A DNA stretch of 53,808 nucleotides from Bigelowiella natans CCMP2755 (lineage: Eukaryota > Protista > Cercozoa). Below the pieces are notes generated by a model. It had not been told where the DNA came from. It saw only the letters and a list, made by a program, of their open reading frames with translations, and did not search any database. Both the position numbers and the translations under genes were made by a program. The DNA is taken from positions 1 to 53,808 of the forward strand of contig ADNK01000973.1 in the NCBI GenBank assembly GCA_000320545.1. The letters run 5' to 3'. The stretch's first letter is position 1. Each line of letters opens with the position of its first letter. Positions 51,988 through 53,808 of this stretch are shown piece by piece.

Positions 51988-52896
51988 ATGGAAGTTGAGG
52001 CGGAGGTGTCCTACTGGTGTCACAACTGCAACAAGGAATTAAATGAGGTGGACGACCGTGACGGCGAAATATACTGTCCACAATGCAACGAATGTTTTGT
52101 CGAGGAAATGGAGGATGGAGGTAGACAAACAGACTCGAAGGCAGATACCGATGAAAAGGTCACTTCTAGTTCGACGCCAGCCGGCACAGAAGGCGGCCAT
52201 GAGTCAAAACGTGAGAGATCAGCAGACACGCAGACGAGTAGTAGCGGAGTTCAATATTCTGTGACCCGAATAGGGGACAACGATGTCCACTTTCACATGA
52301 TGCAAGGCGGACTGGTACCGTTTAATCAGTTACTCAGCAACATTCAGGAGCATGCCAGAATAAGGTTATATTATTATTTCAACAGTCGTTGATACATCCA
52401 GATTCTTTCCGATCCAACTCTGAAATTATACACGATGCAGTTTCGTACCTCTCTTGAGCAGCCTGCAACGGCGTGGGCGAGATCGTAGAAGCATTCAAGA
52501 CATCATCGACGCGATGGTGAACGAGGGAGGAAAGTAAGCATGCCATTGGCATTCAGATAAATGGAGATTTCAGGGGCGAGGACGTGGGAAAGTTCAATAC
52601 TAAAATAATAATAGTGATAATATTAATAATATTAAACACATTACATTCAAAAATGACTTCTTAACTAGTTATGGAACCCCTCCCGCCGCGGAGAGTGCTG
52701 TAAGGCAACTGAAGGAGTGTAAACTGGACCAGAAGCAAGTAGAAAAAATCGCCTCAGGTTGCCCAGTTTGCCAAGATGATTTTAAGGTTTGTAAGTGTGC
52801 GCGCATGTACCGTGTTGTGCAAGTATGTGCGCGCGCGCACACTCACACACACTCACACACACTCACACACACTCACACACACTCACACACACTCAC

Positions 52897-52941
<45 letters not shown>

Positions 52942-53336
52942 TACATATATTATTGCGATTGGAATTCATTCTCCTCATACTTGCTCTGAACCCCCTTCCC
53001 AGGAAGGTGAAACGGTCAAGCAGCTTCCTTGTGGACATTTCTTTCATTCAGATTGTATATTGCCTTGGCTCAAATTGGTAAGCAAACTGCTAAAAACTAA
53101 ATCCCCGCAGCATTATCTAATACTTGTCGTCTCTACTCATGTTGTCTTTCCAGCACAACTCGTGTCCGACTTGTAGACAGCAGCTTCCCACGGTATTTCA
53201 GTGCATTTGAAGTTCAACCCAAAACTGCTTTTACCGAATGCAAAACTCATACAATACATATATCGTCTAGGATGATCCTCATTACGAGCAGCAACAACAG
53301 CAGCGGCAAGCGAACCAAAATTCGTCGTCCAATTAA
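51988..53336 (+). CDS. RING-H2 E3 ubiquitin ligase with N-terminal zinc ribbon (RNF115/RNF126/plant RING1-like)
   Basis: YWCHNC...CPQCNECFVEE; GTPPAAESAVRQL; CPVCQDDFK|EGETVKQLPCGHFFHSDCILPWLKL|HNSCPTCRQQLPT|DDPHYE. Confidence 0.93.
52836..52938. repeat. Intronic (CACACT/CACACACT)n followed by (TA)n
   Basis: Seen directly in an intron of the RING gene. Confidence 0.9.
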
Positions 53337-53573
53337 CTCCACAGGGGGGTTGTATTAGTGTTACAAGCCTCCAAACCTATTAGTTTAGTCATAAAATTCC
53401 GGCCCCACAGGACCTCTTTGGCATCGAAACATAGCTACTAGCATGGCGAGGCATACCTTGCCGGGAATCGTTGTCAACGGGCCATTGTTCCATTTGGTAG
53501 CGCAGTGCAAATAGATAACAGGGTTTCGGATATACGTCGCATGTGGTATCAGAGTACATATTGTTACATATAT

Positions 53574-53626
53574 GAGAAGGATGAAATAATGATTACAATT
53601 CTTCAATGGTCATCCTAATGTAGCTA
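53574..53626 (+). repeat. AGACGGATG dispersed repeat, copy F (diverged 5' end)
   Basis: gagaaggatgaaataatgattacaattcttcaatggtcatcctaatgtagcta. Confidence 0.85.
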
Positions 53627-53653
53627 CCCATGCACATATATATATATATATAT

Positions 53654-53693
53654 GAGACGGATGTGATGAAGAATCAAATTTTTTCAATGGTCA
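53654..53693 (+). repeat. AGACGGATG dispersed repeat, copy G (5' half), preceded by (TA)n
   Basis: gagacggatgtgatgaagaatcaaattttttcaatggtca. Confidence 0.85.
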
Positions 53694-53808
53694 ATGTTAG
53701 TAAAATCGGCAATCTAGATGCTATGCATCATGTCTAGATGTGTGCATAGTAGCGATATACATACAGCCTTCACTTGTACTTCCAATAGACATGGTATCCG
53801 ATATATAT

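Noticed and set aside
52836-52897. (CACACT)n-like array as an interstitial telomere
   Set aside because: It is not a TTAGGG-type unit. It is a degenerate CA microsatellite inside an intron.
20112-53693. Repeat copies as a CRISPR array or SECIS elements
   Set aside because: The copies are dispersed rather than regularly spaced, and there are no cas genes. No SECIS quartet geometry is seen, and no in-frame UGA selenoprotein was found upstream.
1-53808. tRNA/rRNA genes, intact transposase or RT, non-standard genetic code
   Set aside because: None was recognised by eye, and the conserved genes translate with standard stops once spliced.

Overview
Gene-dense, intron-rich eukaryotic nuclear DNA with GT-AG introns, the standard code and microsatellite-laden introns. 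A green-type Cpn60-beta with a signal-peptide-plus-transit-peptide leader suggests a chlorarachniophyte-like alga (inference). About 13 spliced genes: PPP1R21-like (partial), TM9SF/EMP70, hypothetical, RVE8/LHY-like MYB, putative Ig-fold transcription factor, plastid Cpn60, MTMR14, TRAPPC11, PAN/Apple-GH47 mannosidase, caprin-like RGG protein, hypothetical, TMC channel and an RNF115/126-like RING E3. Twelve of them form six consecutive head-to-head pairs. The most striking signal is non-coding. The gaps at gene 3' ends carry islands where TpA is depleted or survives mainly as CTAG and its half-sites. A (TA)20 tract appears converted into a TA/TG/CA mosaic, and copies of a shared ~80-bp two-hairpin repeat differ by TA->TG changes. 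Together these suggest a region-targeted A-to-G hypermutation system (TAH->TGH, TAG spared), opposite in direction to fungal RIP. The repeat copies lie downstream of genes, mostly oriented with the adjacent gene. Exon boundaries and counts were made by eye and are approximate.
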